Below are positions 1-12,039 of a stretch of 64,000 bases of DNA, piece after piece (position 1 is the stretch's first letter; the number at the start of each line of letters is the position of its first letter). Source of the stretch: Takakia lepidozioides (Eukaryota; Plantae; Bryophyta); assembly GCA_030704615.1 (NCBI GenBank), contig CM060732.1, forward strand, positions 59,892,001 to 59,956,000, given 5' to 3'. A program made the position numbers and the translations under genes. Below the pieces are notes generated by a model. The model ran no database searches, was not told the DNA's origin, and was given only the letters and a program-made list of their open reading frames with translations.

Positions 1-1027
1 TGTCAATGTCCTCGAGACACAAATCAAGGCAATGTGCAGTACATTCTGAAAATGTAACGTGAGGGTACTTCTCTTCTATGAGTCTCCCGGCTCTCTTGCA
101 GACAGCTGCATTGTCTGTGACAACCTGAACAACATTTTGAGACCCTATCTCCTCCATGACATCTATCAACTGTTGTGAAATGTACTCACTTGTTTTTTCT
201 TGTCCACTCGTATCAATAGCCTTCTTGAAAAACTCTCATTTGGGTGATACACACAGTGCATTAAGTAGAGGTCTATTGGTGGTATTAGACCACCCATCAC
301 AAGTCAATGTGCATCCGGTTTTGTTCCAAGACTCTATGATGGGTTGTAAGTCTTTGTTCAACTCTTTTCTGAAATCCTGCAACAAAGTGGTGCACAACTG
401 CTCTGAACCAGGTGCTTTATAACCTGCCCCATAGTTCGAAATGGCTGATATCGTATTCTGAAAATATGGGGTCCTTGCATAGTTGAAAGGAACCCCACAT
501 GAGTAATAGAAACGTACAACAGCTTGGTCTACATCTTGTTTTCACATCTTTGCAGCTTGCCAAGATGCAACCAATGTAGGTTGTGAAGCACTCAATGATT
601 TCTTACTTGACAGGGAGGCTCTCTCCTCTGTTTTTCTCTTGGTAGTTGCTCTCTCTAGGTAATTCATTTTGTCCACAACTACCCTCACAGGTGCTAAAAT
701 CTCCTCACTGACACTGGTGCACACCTCAATGTTCCCTCCTCCAAAATAATGCTCTCTAACACGACCAACAGACCCTGCCTTGAATTCTTTTCCACAATGT
801 TTGCACTTGACTTCCCAGCATTTTCCATGCTGGATTGGAGCATTGATACAGTCAACCAATGACCATTCAAGTGCAGGGCTTGGAGGAAATTTTGGTGCTC
901 TCTTCCTAAAAGAGGATGCAACATTGTTGTCCGAACTAGTGCAGGAGTTTAGAGAAGACATGCTTTCCTGACAAGTGGGACTGAGCTGAATGTTGTTTGC
1001 TGCCACGCAATAATGATTCCACGCCAC
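1..1027 (-). mobile_element. Degraded hAT-superfamily transposase (BED zinc finger + DUF659 region), running off the window start
   Basis: ORF 542..1027 has a BED-like motif (WEVKCKHCGKEF...VREH). The same frame continues past the stop as ...RFYYSCGVPFN...TLTCDGWSN...NVVQVVTDNAAVCKRAGRLIEEKYPH...CTAHCLDLCLEDI, typical of plant DUF659 hAT transposases. Internal stops indicate decay. Confidence 0.88.
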
Positions 1028-1437
1028 TCAACAGCTACCTCGCTTGTGTTTTTCCTCACCCACCAGCATGAATCTGCCTCCCGCAACGCGCTCTCTCTCG
1101 TCGCAGACTGAGTAATTGTCTGATTTCAAAAGAATCTGCTCTAACAGGGTTCTAGGGTTTGTTGCCCGATTTTTCATCCATTCAAATTTTGGATGAAAAA
1201 CTTATCATCCACCCCTAAACGTTTTCTTTACGTTTCTTTTTTTTTACACCAAGGAACGTCAGAAACGACGTTCTCCTAAGTCACTTAGAGCGTTCACTGT
1301 GACTGGGATGTAATTTCAGACGGGATACTCTGAGACATGTGTCAAGGTCATGGAATCCCTGGGGCTTGGGTTCTACGGTGTGGGTGCTTAACGGCGTAGT
1401 CCTTTGTGCACTCAGAAGACCCCAAGACTGTGAAAAC

Positions 1438-1808
1438 TATTGGAGGTTTACAGTACAGCTTATAGTTAAACACTACATTACATTTAGTATAGCTTGTAGT
1501 TAAATACTTCATTAGGTATGCTGACTTACTATTCATCTGTGCTACTACTTAGTGTTAAATACTTCATTAGGTTTAGTGCTACTACTTAGTGTTCTTCGAT
1601 TGGTTTCGATGCTTCTTGATTCTTACGTTAGGTGTTCATGCGTGGTAGTCTCTGCTAGGGCTCATGTAGCTTGATTGTTTACTACTGCTCGATGACAGTT
1701 GATTAGTGTTAAACATCTGATAAATGACTCTGCAGTAAATGTTTTGCTAACATTGTAGGCAGTTTCCTTGAATGCTCTTGATTGATAGCACGTTCTTGAA
1801 ATTCTAAA
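1438..1808 (+). repeat. Copia 5' LTR
   Basis: Direct repeat of the sequence starting at 5321; ends immediately before the PBS. Confidence 0.85.
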
Positions 1809-1937
1809 GGTTATGGGCCCACTTACATAAAGTGAACTAGAATTTTAGTGTCAAGTTTGTTGCTACTGTGCGTACATGTAGTTACATGTGTGTCAGAATT
1901 CATCTCAGTTTTAGCAATGTTTTTGAACGGAAGATTG

Positions 1938-4900
1938 ATGGATCTTTCACGAGAGTTGAACAATATTGAGCGGTACTGTGGTGATGATTTTCACCTCTGA
2001 AAAATGCAAATGCGGGCTATATTTGTGGCCAGGGATCTAATTGAAATCGTCGAAGAAACCGAAGAGGCCAATGATGACAAGCAGGCATGGCAGAAGTGTG
2101 ATAGTATTGCTGTCAGCCTCCTCTATCAGTCGATTGAACGGAAATACTTACGGCAACTACAAGGTTGTGAAACCTCTGCTTAGATCTGGGAGCACTTAAA
2201 GATTAATCATGAGCATAAGGCATCCGAGAATGTTCAGTCTCTTCAGACAAAGTTCTTCCTATCGAAATTATCAGAGAGACAAGATATTGCTTCTCATATT
2301 GGAGAGCTAGAGTCTATCATCCGTCGTCTTAAAGACCTTGGAGATCCCGGATTCAGTGAGAGTCTGTTAATGACCAAGCTTATCAGCAACCTGCCTAGGA
2401 ATTATCGACATCTCAAGACTACTTGGAATAGTGTACCGGATGAGAAAAAGACTCTTGAGATGCTCACATTCCGCATCCTCAAGGAGGAAATAGCTCTCAA
2501 AGAAGATGAAATAGAACTACACGCTTTCTATGCTCACAAGAATAGTGGAAGCGGTGGGAGTGCCGGACAATCTGGAAGCAATGGGGGTGCCAGACAATTT
2601 GGAAGTAGAGTGAGTGGTGCAAAACCATATCTCACACGAACAGAAAAAGCAACGGCGACTTCACATTGAAAGTCTTAAGCAAAAGACGCGTTGCGGAAAC
2701 TGTGGTGAAGTCGGTCACTGCCACCGTGAATGCAAGCAGCCTAACAAAGAACGGGCTCCCAAACCTGAATCATCGAAACATCATACGTTTATGGCTCACC
2801 TGAGCACGGAGACCTCTAACGATCCTACAAATGTTTGGTTCGCTGATAGTGCTTGTTCACAACACATGACAGATAAGAGACACTGGTTTAAGAATCTAAA
2901 ACCGATAGATGGACCAGGATGGAGAGTTCATGCAATCAAGGATATCTCTACTGCTGTTGTGGCTCACGGTGACATTGTGTAAATAATGAGTGGCACACGG
3001 GAGTTCTGCATGACGTGCTTTACGTTCTAGATTTGCGGAGAAATCTATTTTCCATTGCTTCAGCCACGTAGAAAGGTATCATTTACACAACAGACAACCA
3101 TGGCTGCACTCTTAGTCATCGTGGAGAAATCATCATGACTGGATTACTTTTTGCAGAGCACATGTATGAATTGCAATTGGAGGTCATTGTGAATCCATCA
3201 ACAGCATTAATTGCTAACACCATTGGCGTTCCTACGAAGCTGGACAGTACCCAAAGTATCACTACTTGGCACAACAGACTGGCTTATCTCAATCATGCAA
3301 TGATTAAGGAGATGGAGTCTAACAAATTGGTTGACGGCCTCATCATTTCTGGTGAGAGAGATAAAGAATTCTGCACTGGTTGTGTACTTGGCAAAAGTCA
3401 TCGTTCACCATTCCCTATGCATCCTATTCGTGACAAAGCCACGACACCGGGATTCTTGGTTCATATGGACATATGTGGTCCATTTCCTCCTTCCCTAGGA
3501 GGTATGAGATACTTCATACTTTTCAAGGATGATTGCTCCGAATACCGTATCCTCTATTGCATGAAGTCTCGCGATGAAACGCTTCTTTGTTTAAAGCGTA
3601 TGTTTCATACCACAAAGAGAGAGACGGGTAATTCTATCACTATTCTCGGGACTGATCGTGCACGAGAATTTGAGTTCAAGAAGTTTATGAACGATGAAGG
3701 GATTCATCATGAATTAACCACAGCATATACACCCGAACAAAACTCAGTGGCAGAACGTGAAAATCAGACCATCGTCGAGAGTGTTCGAAGTATGTTACAT
3801 TTTAGTGGCATGCCAATTAAGCTATGGGGTGAAGCTGCCTATACTGCAGCATATGTTCTCAATTGCTCGGTGACACACATGATCAACAATGCTACATCGT
3901 TTTAGATTTGGACGGAACCAAGCCATCTATTGCTCACTTGAAGATATTTGGCTGTGAAGGCTATGTTCATATTCCAAAGGAATTAAGAACCAAGCTCCAA
4001 CCTAAAAGTAAGTCCAGTGTCTTTTGTGGCTACGATGATTCATCGAAGGGATATCGTTTTTGGGATAGAGGTACCCAACGTGTTATTGTCAGCAGAGATG
4101 TGATCTTCCGTGAAGACTCTTTTCCGTTTCTGAGCAATCCTCCATCTGAAACCTCTCCATCATGCGTCACTTTGTCTATACCTGCTGACATTGAAACAGT
4201 GGATTCCGATTCTTTGCCAGAAAGTGACAATGCGGACATGTCCACAGCTATGGATTCATTGGCTATGGCTTCCAGTCCTGAGACCTCACATTCTGGTAGC
4301 CCTGAGATTCAACTTGATGCGATCATACCGATTTGTCCGGAGACTCCTCCAATCATATTGTCACCACCTCGCCCTACGGAGTTTATTTTACCTGCGGGTG
4401 ATCTACCAGAAGGCACAGTTCGCTCTCGGCAATTTCCAGTACGTTATGGAGATTGGGTCTCTTATGCCTGTACAACAACTATGGATAATTCTCCTATTGT
4501 TGACCCTGTCGATTATTATCAGGCTATTGATTCCCCACAACAAGCTGAGTGGTTACATGCTATGAGGGAGGAATACACATCCCTTATGGAGAATCAGACG
4601 TGGTCTCTTACTCCATTGCCTCCTAATCGGAAGACAGTGAAATGCAAATGGATATTTAAGGTCAAATATAACTTAGATGGAAGCATTGAGAGGTTCAAGG
4701 CTCGTTTGGTGGCCAAGGGATTCATACAGAAACCTTGTATTGATTTTACTGAAACTTTCGCACATGTTGCTAAATTTGACAGCTTCCGAACCATACTTTC
4801 CATTGTGGCAGCAGATGATATGGAGCTCGAGCAGTTTGATGTCAAGACAACGTTTCTTTATGGAGAATTAGCTGAAGAGGTTTTGTTTTGCTTCTTAACC

Positions 4901-5302
4901 AGGGCCCAGTGGCATGGGGCTCACGCAAGCAATGGTAGTAGGCAGAATATGTCGCTGCATGCACAGCAGCAAAGGAAACTATGGTTAACGAGACTTCTGT
5001 TTGATTTGGGATATCCACAAATTGATCCAACTGCTTTGCATAGTGATAATCAGGCAGCAATTCGTCTGGTACATAATCCAGAATTCCATCGGCGGACGAA
5101 GCATATTGACCTGCAGTACCACATGATTCGCGAATACCAGTCCAATGGTGAAATTTTGATTTCATACGTTTCTACTCACGATCAGCTGGCTGGTGTGTTT
5201 ACGAAAGGCCTTACTCCATACAAGTTCAATCGCATGTGCACTCTGTTAAATTGTCTTGCAGTGCACTCAGCTGCAGTTGAAGTGAGAGAATGTAGTGTTT
5301 GA
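1938..5302 (+). pseudogene. Copia gag-pol polyprotein pseudogene
   Basis: ORF pieces 2370-2669, 2614-2982, 3135-3905 and 3863-5302 carry Gag, ZnK, PR, IN, partial RT and RH motifs. RT jumps from YGELAEE straight to RNase H-proximal sequence near 4880. Confidence 0.9.
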
Positions 5303-5320
5303 ATTCCAGCTGAGTGGAAG

Positions 5321-5687
5321 TATTGGAGGTTTACAGTACAACTTATAGTTAAACACTACATTATGTTTAGTATAGCTTGTAGTTAAATACTTCATTAGGT
5401 TTAGTGACTTATTATTCATCTGTGCTACTACTTAGTGTCTTCTTCGATTGGTTTCGATGCTTCTTGATTCTTACGTTAGGTGTTCCTGCTTGGTAGCCTC
5501 TGCAGGGTTTTGATGTTCTTGTTTGGTAGTCTTTGCTAGGTTTTGATGCTCATGTAGCTTGATTGTCTACTACTGCTCGATGACAGTTGATTAGTGTTAA
5601 ACATCTTAATATTTCAAGAACGTGCTATCAATCAAATGCATTCAAGGAAACTGCCTACAATGTTAGCAAAACATTTACTGCAGAGTC
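5321..5687 (+). repeat. Copia 3' LTR (distal ~77 bp inverted)
   Basis: Matches 1438-1718 directly up to ~5606. 5611-5687 is the reverse complement of 1726-1802. Confidence 0.85.
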
Positions 5688-5699
5688 CTTAAAATACTC

Positions 5700-6750
5700 C
5701 CACTCACGTAACAGAAGAGAAGAAGGTCCACCATTTCACATTCTGACTACATACATTGTGCAGACTGATTGTAGCGTCTCGTTTTCTCTCTCTGGACCAT
5801 TTCCCATCTCAATTCGTAGCCTTGAGAACCAACTTGGAAGGTGCCAAGGACCCACATGAGGGTAGGTGGGCCTGATTATGTGCTTGTGTCTTAAAATTTT
5901 GAGAGTGGTTATAAGTTTTCCGTCTGTACCCCATGTGTGTTGCACATAGAACTTCCTGAGATCTTCTTGAATCAGCGAGTTCCTCATGTTGTTTGTAAGT
6001 ATGACCTCCAGTAGGGGGTTAAGGATTTGCGGTGTTGCATCCAAGGAACTTGCCCACCGGCTGTACCAGTAGAGAGAGAGGCATTGTATTTTCCTGCCAA
6101 ACATTATCTTGATTGATTTCCCTTTGCTATCTTGTTTCCCTCCGAAGGTGGCACTTGCTTCAATGAAGCTTATGGTTTCTTGTTCTCCCAGGGCTCCTGC
6201 ATATGATCTGGCCTTTGGTCTCTTTTGTTGACTTATGGCCTTTTGCCTTCATGCCTTTTCGTGAAGAAGTGGTTTCCTGATCAGCGAATAATTGATTTGG
6301 GTAGATTTGGCAGAGTTTTCGGCCAAGGAAGCCAGCAAGCAAAGCAGAGCAAACGCGTTAGTGCTTGCGCGCCTTGAAGCAAGCACACAAGGTTGTTTAC
6401 TGGCTCTTTCTCCATTTTGTCATTCAGTGGTTCTCTGATGCTGTAAGGTGTACTATCTGTTGTCATAAAGCCTGTGTGTTTCCAGGCTAGTGTTTCCACT
6501 AGCCTGTCCTCTCTCCCTGTTGATCTTAATATGGCATTTTCTTTGGCTCTGTACAAGCCATAGCCGTTTTGGGTTGAGTTTCTCTTATGATTTCTGATGT
6601 TCTCTTGAAATGTCCACGATAGTACTTTACTAGCTGCACATCAGATTTTCCTTACCAATGACTTCACTTGGGCAGTGATCTATTTATATGCCACATGGCC
6701 CTCATCTTGGTCATTTGTAGAATGTGGCCAAAACTTGTTTTAAAAACACT
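5700..6750 (-). mobile_element. Possible degraded non-LTR (LINE-like) retroelement fragment
   Basis: Broken minus-strand ORFs (5736-6104, 6160-6342, 6281-6556) are K/W-rich, like LINE ORF2 C-terminal regions. No diagnostic motif recognised. Confidence 0.3.
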
Positions 6751-7603
6751 CTTGATATAAATCAGTTTTGAGTCATCCAAATGTTTTTGGTTCCTGCCAT
6801 GTATTTGTATTCTATGTTTTGCTGTATTTCTAATAGATTTTCAATGCAGTGCAGTGAATCAATAAATTTAAATACAAAACCCACTAATTCACATTTATAT
6901 AGATATAAAATAAATAATCAAAATAATAAAAATTAAAAATTAAATAACAGTAATAAACCAAAAAATAATAAAACCAAATATAAAAAAAAGCCTCCCCAAT
7001 TTATTTATTTATATTTTATTTATTTAAATATAAAATATATTTTATATTTATGTATATATATATACTAGGTACACGTCATGCATCCACGTCATACTATACG
7101 TCATGCATTCATGTCATAATTCATTTAAACCACTTTACTACACGTCATAACCACGTCATAGCCACGTCGCATCCACGTCATACTGTGCTACCTACACGTC
7201 ACCCCCTAGGTTTTACTGTCACATTTCACTGTCAGAACCTGGCATCTGGATTCGACCGCTTGACTGAAACAACTCGACCTTTGTCATGCATGTTTGATTA
7301 TGGAGGCTGGGAGTAAAAATGTCGCAAACAACTAAAAAATGAGTCAAATACAGAGTCAAAAAGCCCAGTTTGTATTGTAGTTGTCGTGCGCATACATATC
7401 GCTACAGAACTACATTGCTGTCCAAAACCACACAACACATGTGCACACCACACACTATTATTCCACTAGTCCAGCCACTAGTCCAACCATTAGGCTACAA
7501 CTAGTCAGTCACTAGGCTGCCACTATGCTGCCCACTATGGCAGTCACTAGTCTACACAATGATAAAGAAGAAGAATACAAGCACAAGCTCATGCGAGCTC
7601 ACA

Positions 7604-9741
7604 GCATCCCACAGGAGGCCAGGTCCACAATCCCGGAAAGCATGCGATCATGGGAAGCTGAGCAGTGTGGGTAATGTTGCTCGTGGTTGACCCACCTTGT
7701 TGACCACTGCCAAAGGCGAACGGTCATCGTGTCTCATACGCTGAGACTGCCTCCATGTGTCCAGAATGTTATCCACTGTGAGATGTGCTGGCCGTTGCAC
7801 CCCATCAAATGCACGCTTGAGCAGTGCGGGTGGCATCATGTTAGTCCACCATAGCCGTGGACGATGAGCCTGTGACCCCACTGTAGCTGCATCTAACAAC
7901 ACTGCTGACCCAAGCCACGACCGGACTTGATGCACACTGGCCATCATCCTGGCTCGAGAATCGCCCATCAGTGGCACATTCTCCAAGATGTATGCTGGAG
8001 ATACAACTTGATGAAGCTGCAAGTGGCGCAAAACCCGCACCATCTCCCAAAACAGACCCGACCTCGAGTCTCGCAATCCATTGTCATGCTCGGCTCATGA
8101 ATGCCCTTGGCAGGGCCAACCTGCCACTACCAGATCAATGAAACCAACCCGCTCCAAATCTTGCGCCCCCAGCAACGAAATGTCTGCTGACAAGGCCTGC
8201 TGATATCCACGAACTGCAGCCACCAGCAACAACTCAGGGTACCGCTGCACCAACTGAGCAACATGGCAAAGTGAAATGCGTCGTGCAGTCTCATCCCTCT
8301 CCACATACAGGTAACGCCGAACTCGTACACCTGCATATAACACAGCAGCCAATCTGGTGCTGATCCCGCCAAGCAAGTCCAGAAGACAAATGCTTTCATC
8401 CGGATACTGCCACACAATAGGTGTGGTGTCCAATGGAGACAACTGAGATGGTCCTGGTGCAATCCCCGCATTCTCCTCCTCTCCTGATGGTACAAAAGCC
8501 TCCACCCAGGCTTGTTGCACCCGTCGATCAGCAACCCGCTGCAAATCCTTGCTTGTGGCCCACAATGGAGTCTGAGCAACCATGGCAGGCAACTCTGTCA
8601 TATCATACATGTCATCTTGTTCTCCTGGAGGTATGTCATCCTCTGAATGAGCGTTTCTTTCAAGCAACTCTCCAGGCCAAGTCACTGCAGCTGTGAATGC
8701 TGCTAGTGTCGACATCTTGCCCCGCTGGGCAACTGCAACTCCTCCTATAAACGTCACAGGGAGCTGCACACGCCGGACCTCCCCTGACTGCCATCTAGAC
8801 CTATAGGAAGCTGACTCCTCCCAAAAATCCAGGGTGAAGCCCATGGGATACAACATTGCCCCACCAACCAGGACATCGTACGAGACCACGTTTGTCACAA
8901 TGGCCTTGGCTTGCATCACTGAGCCATCTGTAGGGTGATCTGGCCGTAGTCTGATAGCCAACTCATGTCGTGTCATGCCCCGAGCGTGCTCCGATCCTCC
9001 CAGAGACGTCTGTATCTGGAAAGGACAAGGCTCCATATCCGCCTCCATGAGGCCCAAGCCTGCAATAGCAGCTCTGCCCAGCATCAATGGCTGAGCTCCT
9101 GAGTCCAATAAGACCCGCAGTGGCCGGTACCTCTTGCCTGCCGGTCCACTCAAACAGAAAATGCCATCCTGGTTGTCTAACATGACAACTCCAGGTGTCA
9201 CCATGGCGCGCTCAATGGCTGGCCTAGCTGACAGCTCCATCAACCTGGCAGCTGCAGCTTGCCATGGTGCCGCCGTGGCAGTCTTGACCCTCAAATCCGA
9301 GGATCCCTCCGGCACTACACCTCCCACTATCTCCGCAGAAGATGAAGTAACCTCCCCACTCTCACAGAGTATAGCTGCCAGCCTGAACACCTCAGCTGGT
9401 CTTACCCCCGGCGTCGCAATCATGGTAGCCGAGAACAATGGAGCCTGACACACAGATGTGGCCGCTCCCAACAGCACATTAATTGCCGTAGCCTTGGCAA
9501 CACTAGGTAGTGGTGCTGCCCGTGTAGCTCTCCCCAATGGCGTAGTAACCTCCGCCTCGGTAACAATCGGGCGAGAACTAGGTGTCATGGATGGCGTCGA
9601 CACTGTCTCCGCCAATGTGAATGACTGAGGGAGCCTAGCCTGACGGCTTGCCTCCCCACGCTGTGGATCCAACTCCACCTCTGCAACTCGTGGCTCAGGA
9701 ACTCGTGCTGTTCCTCGAGTCACGGCTGCAGCAGACTCCAC
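7604..9741 (-). pseudogene. Retroviral-type aspartic protease fused to a C5-cytosine DNA methyltransferase (DNMT3-like motifs), C-terminally truncated
   Basis: Protease VLLDSGAQPLM...YDVLVGG. MTase motif I LDLLGGIS, II YVERD, III DI, IV GWPCQGHS, VI ILENV, VIII AHRPRLWWTN. ORFs 8095-9741 and 7648-8076 are in frame across a single TGA. Confidence 0.88.
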
Positions 9742-9870
9742 CTACACTAGTGGTAGTGCTGCTCCGCACATGAATCCCATGCCTACCATATCTCCTCCCT
9801 CAGGAGCAGGAGGTGGACCATCCGGCCTTGGAGCCGGTACCACCTAAGTTGTAGCCATGGCAGCGAGCCT

Positions 9871-11298
9871 CTACTCTAGCTGCTGAAGCCGGTTGGCCAT
9901 GCCTTGGTCAACACGCTGACCTCCGTGTCTTTGGCCATGTTGAGCTTGCCCTTGGCCTACACCCCGTGCCTGGCCACCTCGTCCTCTTTGGGCTGCTCCC
10001 CCTCGCCCCCGGCCACCATTGTTCCCTTGGAACTGGCTTGGGTGCAACTCGGGATGCAAACCATAACATTGGGCCTCTCCATGCCCGTGCTTACCACAAT
10101 GCCCACACTGCAACTGTGCAGGCTGTGCATGTGCCGGCCCTTTGCCTCCCTCTAGACAATCCTTCTTGACGTGGGGTCCTCCACATGTCCAACACACCAC
10201 ATCCGCCCGTTATTGGCCTGCAAATGAAGGGAGAGACCCTTGCATCTGAGGTCCTCTCTGCCCTTCCCTGAGCTTCACCTGAGCCCCCTTATTGCCTTGA
10301 GCACGTTGAGGTAGTGGTTGGCTAGGAGCACCACTACCCCGTGGTGTCTCCTTAGCAAATCCCACCATGACCACTCGTTCCTCCACCATGTTGAGCTCTA
10401 TCCGCTCTGCCAGCAAAAACACATTTGCTAAGGTGGGTTGGGCCGCTTGTAGGAGAGTTGCATCCCGCACCCTTCTCCTCAGCTCCTTGTCCAATATCCC
10501 ATACCAAAATTGGACTGCCTGAGCTTCCGTAAACCCTTGGGTTACATTTATCAAGCGCCTCATGTGAGTGAAAGCCTCCATCAAGCTCTCAGTAGGCTTC
10601 CTTTGGAACTCTTGCAAACTCCGCAACTTCTCTATCCTCACCCCTTGGTAGTTCCCTCTCAACTCTTCGAAGAACTCCACAACAGGGTTGAAGGCAGGCA
10701 TGGGTACTGGTGCTGGTGCGGTAGTGGCTTGGGTGGACGTCGTAGCTACGGTACCACCAGTCCTACTAGTCCCACTTCTGTTTGCTGAAGCTGCCGGTGC
10801 AGCGGCAGGTGTAGCCACTGCCCTTGTGACTCTAGTGCCCCTAGTGATGGAGACATAGTCGGGTGACCAGTACATCCTCCACTCCTCGATCTCAACCTCA
10901 TGCCCCCGCCTGAACTCATGATAATCATCCATAGGCGGCCCCTCAAGGTGCTGAAACAGCCCCTTCCATGCCATGAAAGGCGTAAATAGTTGTGGATTGC
11001 GCATTTGCTACAAATCACACCAACTATCAAACTCTTGGATAAAATCATCCAACTCGATGGTGCCCACCGCCCCAGAGTACCTTCGTGGCCCCTTGGTAGC
11101 TCCATATATCTCCTCCATTGTGTCCCACAACAATGGCAAGGAAACAACTTGCACCGCCAGTATGAGTCCTCCTGATTCACAATCCGAAATCAGAACCTTC
11201 TGTAAAAGACATAGGAGGTGAAGGTGGCCTAAACCGCACACCTCGTCTCGTGTACCCACTAGTATCGCTAGTGCTCGAACCGGCACTGTCCCCAGCAA
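9871..11298 (-). pseudogene. Retrotransposon Gag with two zinc knuckles
   Basis: ORFs 11008-11298, 10210-11004 and 9871-10200 are in one frame. Gag-like segments ELDDFIQEFDSW and LQEFQRKPTESLMEAFTHMRRL; knuckles CWTCGGPHVKKDC and CGHCGKHGHGEAQC. Confidence 0.8.
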
Positions 11299-12039
11299 CT
11301 AGTGGCACCTCCGTGTTGACAACTCAACCAGTCATGAACATGTCCCTAACCCCCTCTCCAAAAAGGTAACCGGGTAGAGAACCTGTTGCGGCTTATGGTT
11401 TGGAATACTAAGTTCCTAACATAGCTTACACTTGTACCTGCATCCACCGCAAGCACTCCTATGGTTGGCTGGTCATCACCTCCAACCTTACCATAGGAGA
11501 AACAATGATGGTCTGGCTGGTCATCACCCCAGCCTCACCATCGACAGCATGCTCTAGGAGTGGCCGGTGATCAAATCCGGACCAATCACCTATAAAAACA
11601 AGCACCCACACAAAACTAGCATGGCGCACAGTCAAGCATGCAGGTATGGAGGGGATCCAAACACAAGAAATCAGAGCGACAACTCCCCCACACTAAAAAC
11701 AACTCCACGGTGTTGCTCCTGCAAGGACACCCCAGCCCAAACCCGGACTGACTCTTGCCTCCACCTGCGGAAAGGTCTTGGCCTAATGAGAGGGTGGAAA
11801 CTACGAGGAAGAGAAGCTAAAGCAATGCCTAACCCCAGCATGCCCTCATCCCAACACTCTTCCTCTCCTCTCTTCCCTCACTTGCATGACCATGGGAATA
11901 TCATGAAGATATTCCTCAAACCGCCCTCCACGAGCTTCAAAATTCGGCCTTCAAGACCACATGCCAGTCCTTAGGCAGTCCACTAGTGCCTCCACGAGTC
12001 AATACAGGCCGTCCACAGGTCAACACGGGCCACCACAGA

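Larger units (their letters stand above)
1438..5690 (+). mobile_element. Ty1/Copia LTR retrotransposon, decayed, with an internal deletion in RT
   Basis: Paired LTRs start TATTGGAGGTTTACAGTACA at 1438 and 5321. PBS GGTTATGGGCCCA at 1809-1821; purine-rich tract before 5321. Gag (from 1938), zinc knuckle CGNCGEVGHCHREC, protease WFADSACSQHM, integrase (HMDICGP..TDRAREF..PEQNSVAER), RT start (CKWIFKVK..RLVAKGF..FDVKTTFLYG) and RNase H (DNQAAI..HRRTKHIDL) lie in Copia order, with stops and frameshifts. Confidence 0.95.

Noticed and set aside
7604-8400. Host DNMT3/DRM gene
   Set aside because: Intronless, in frame with Gag and protease, and inside a repeat-bounded element. Motif order is not permuted as in DRM.
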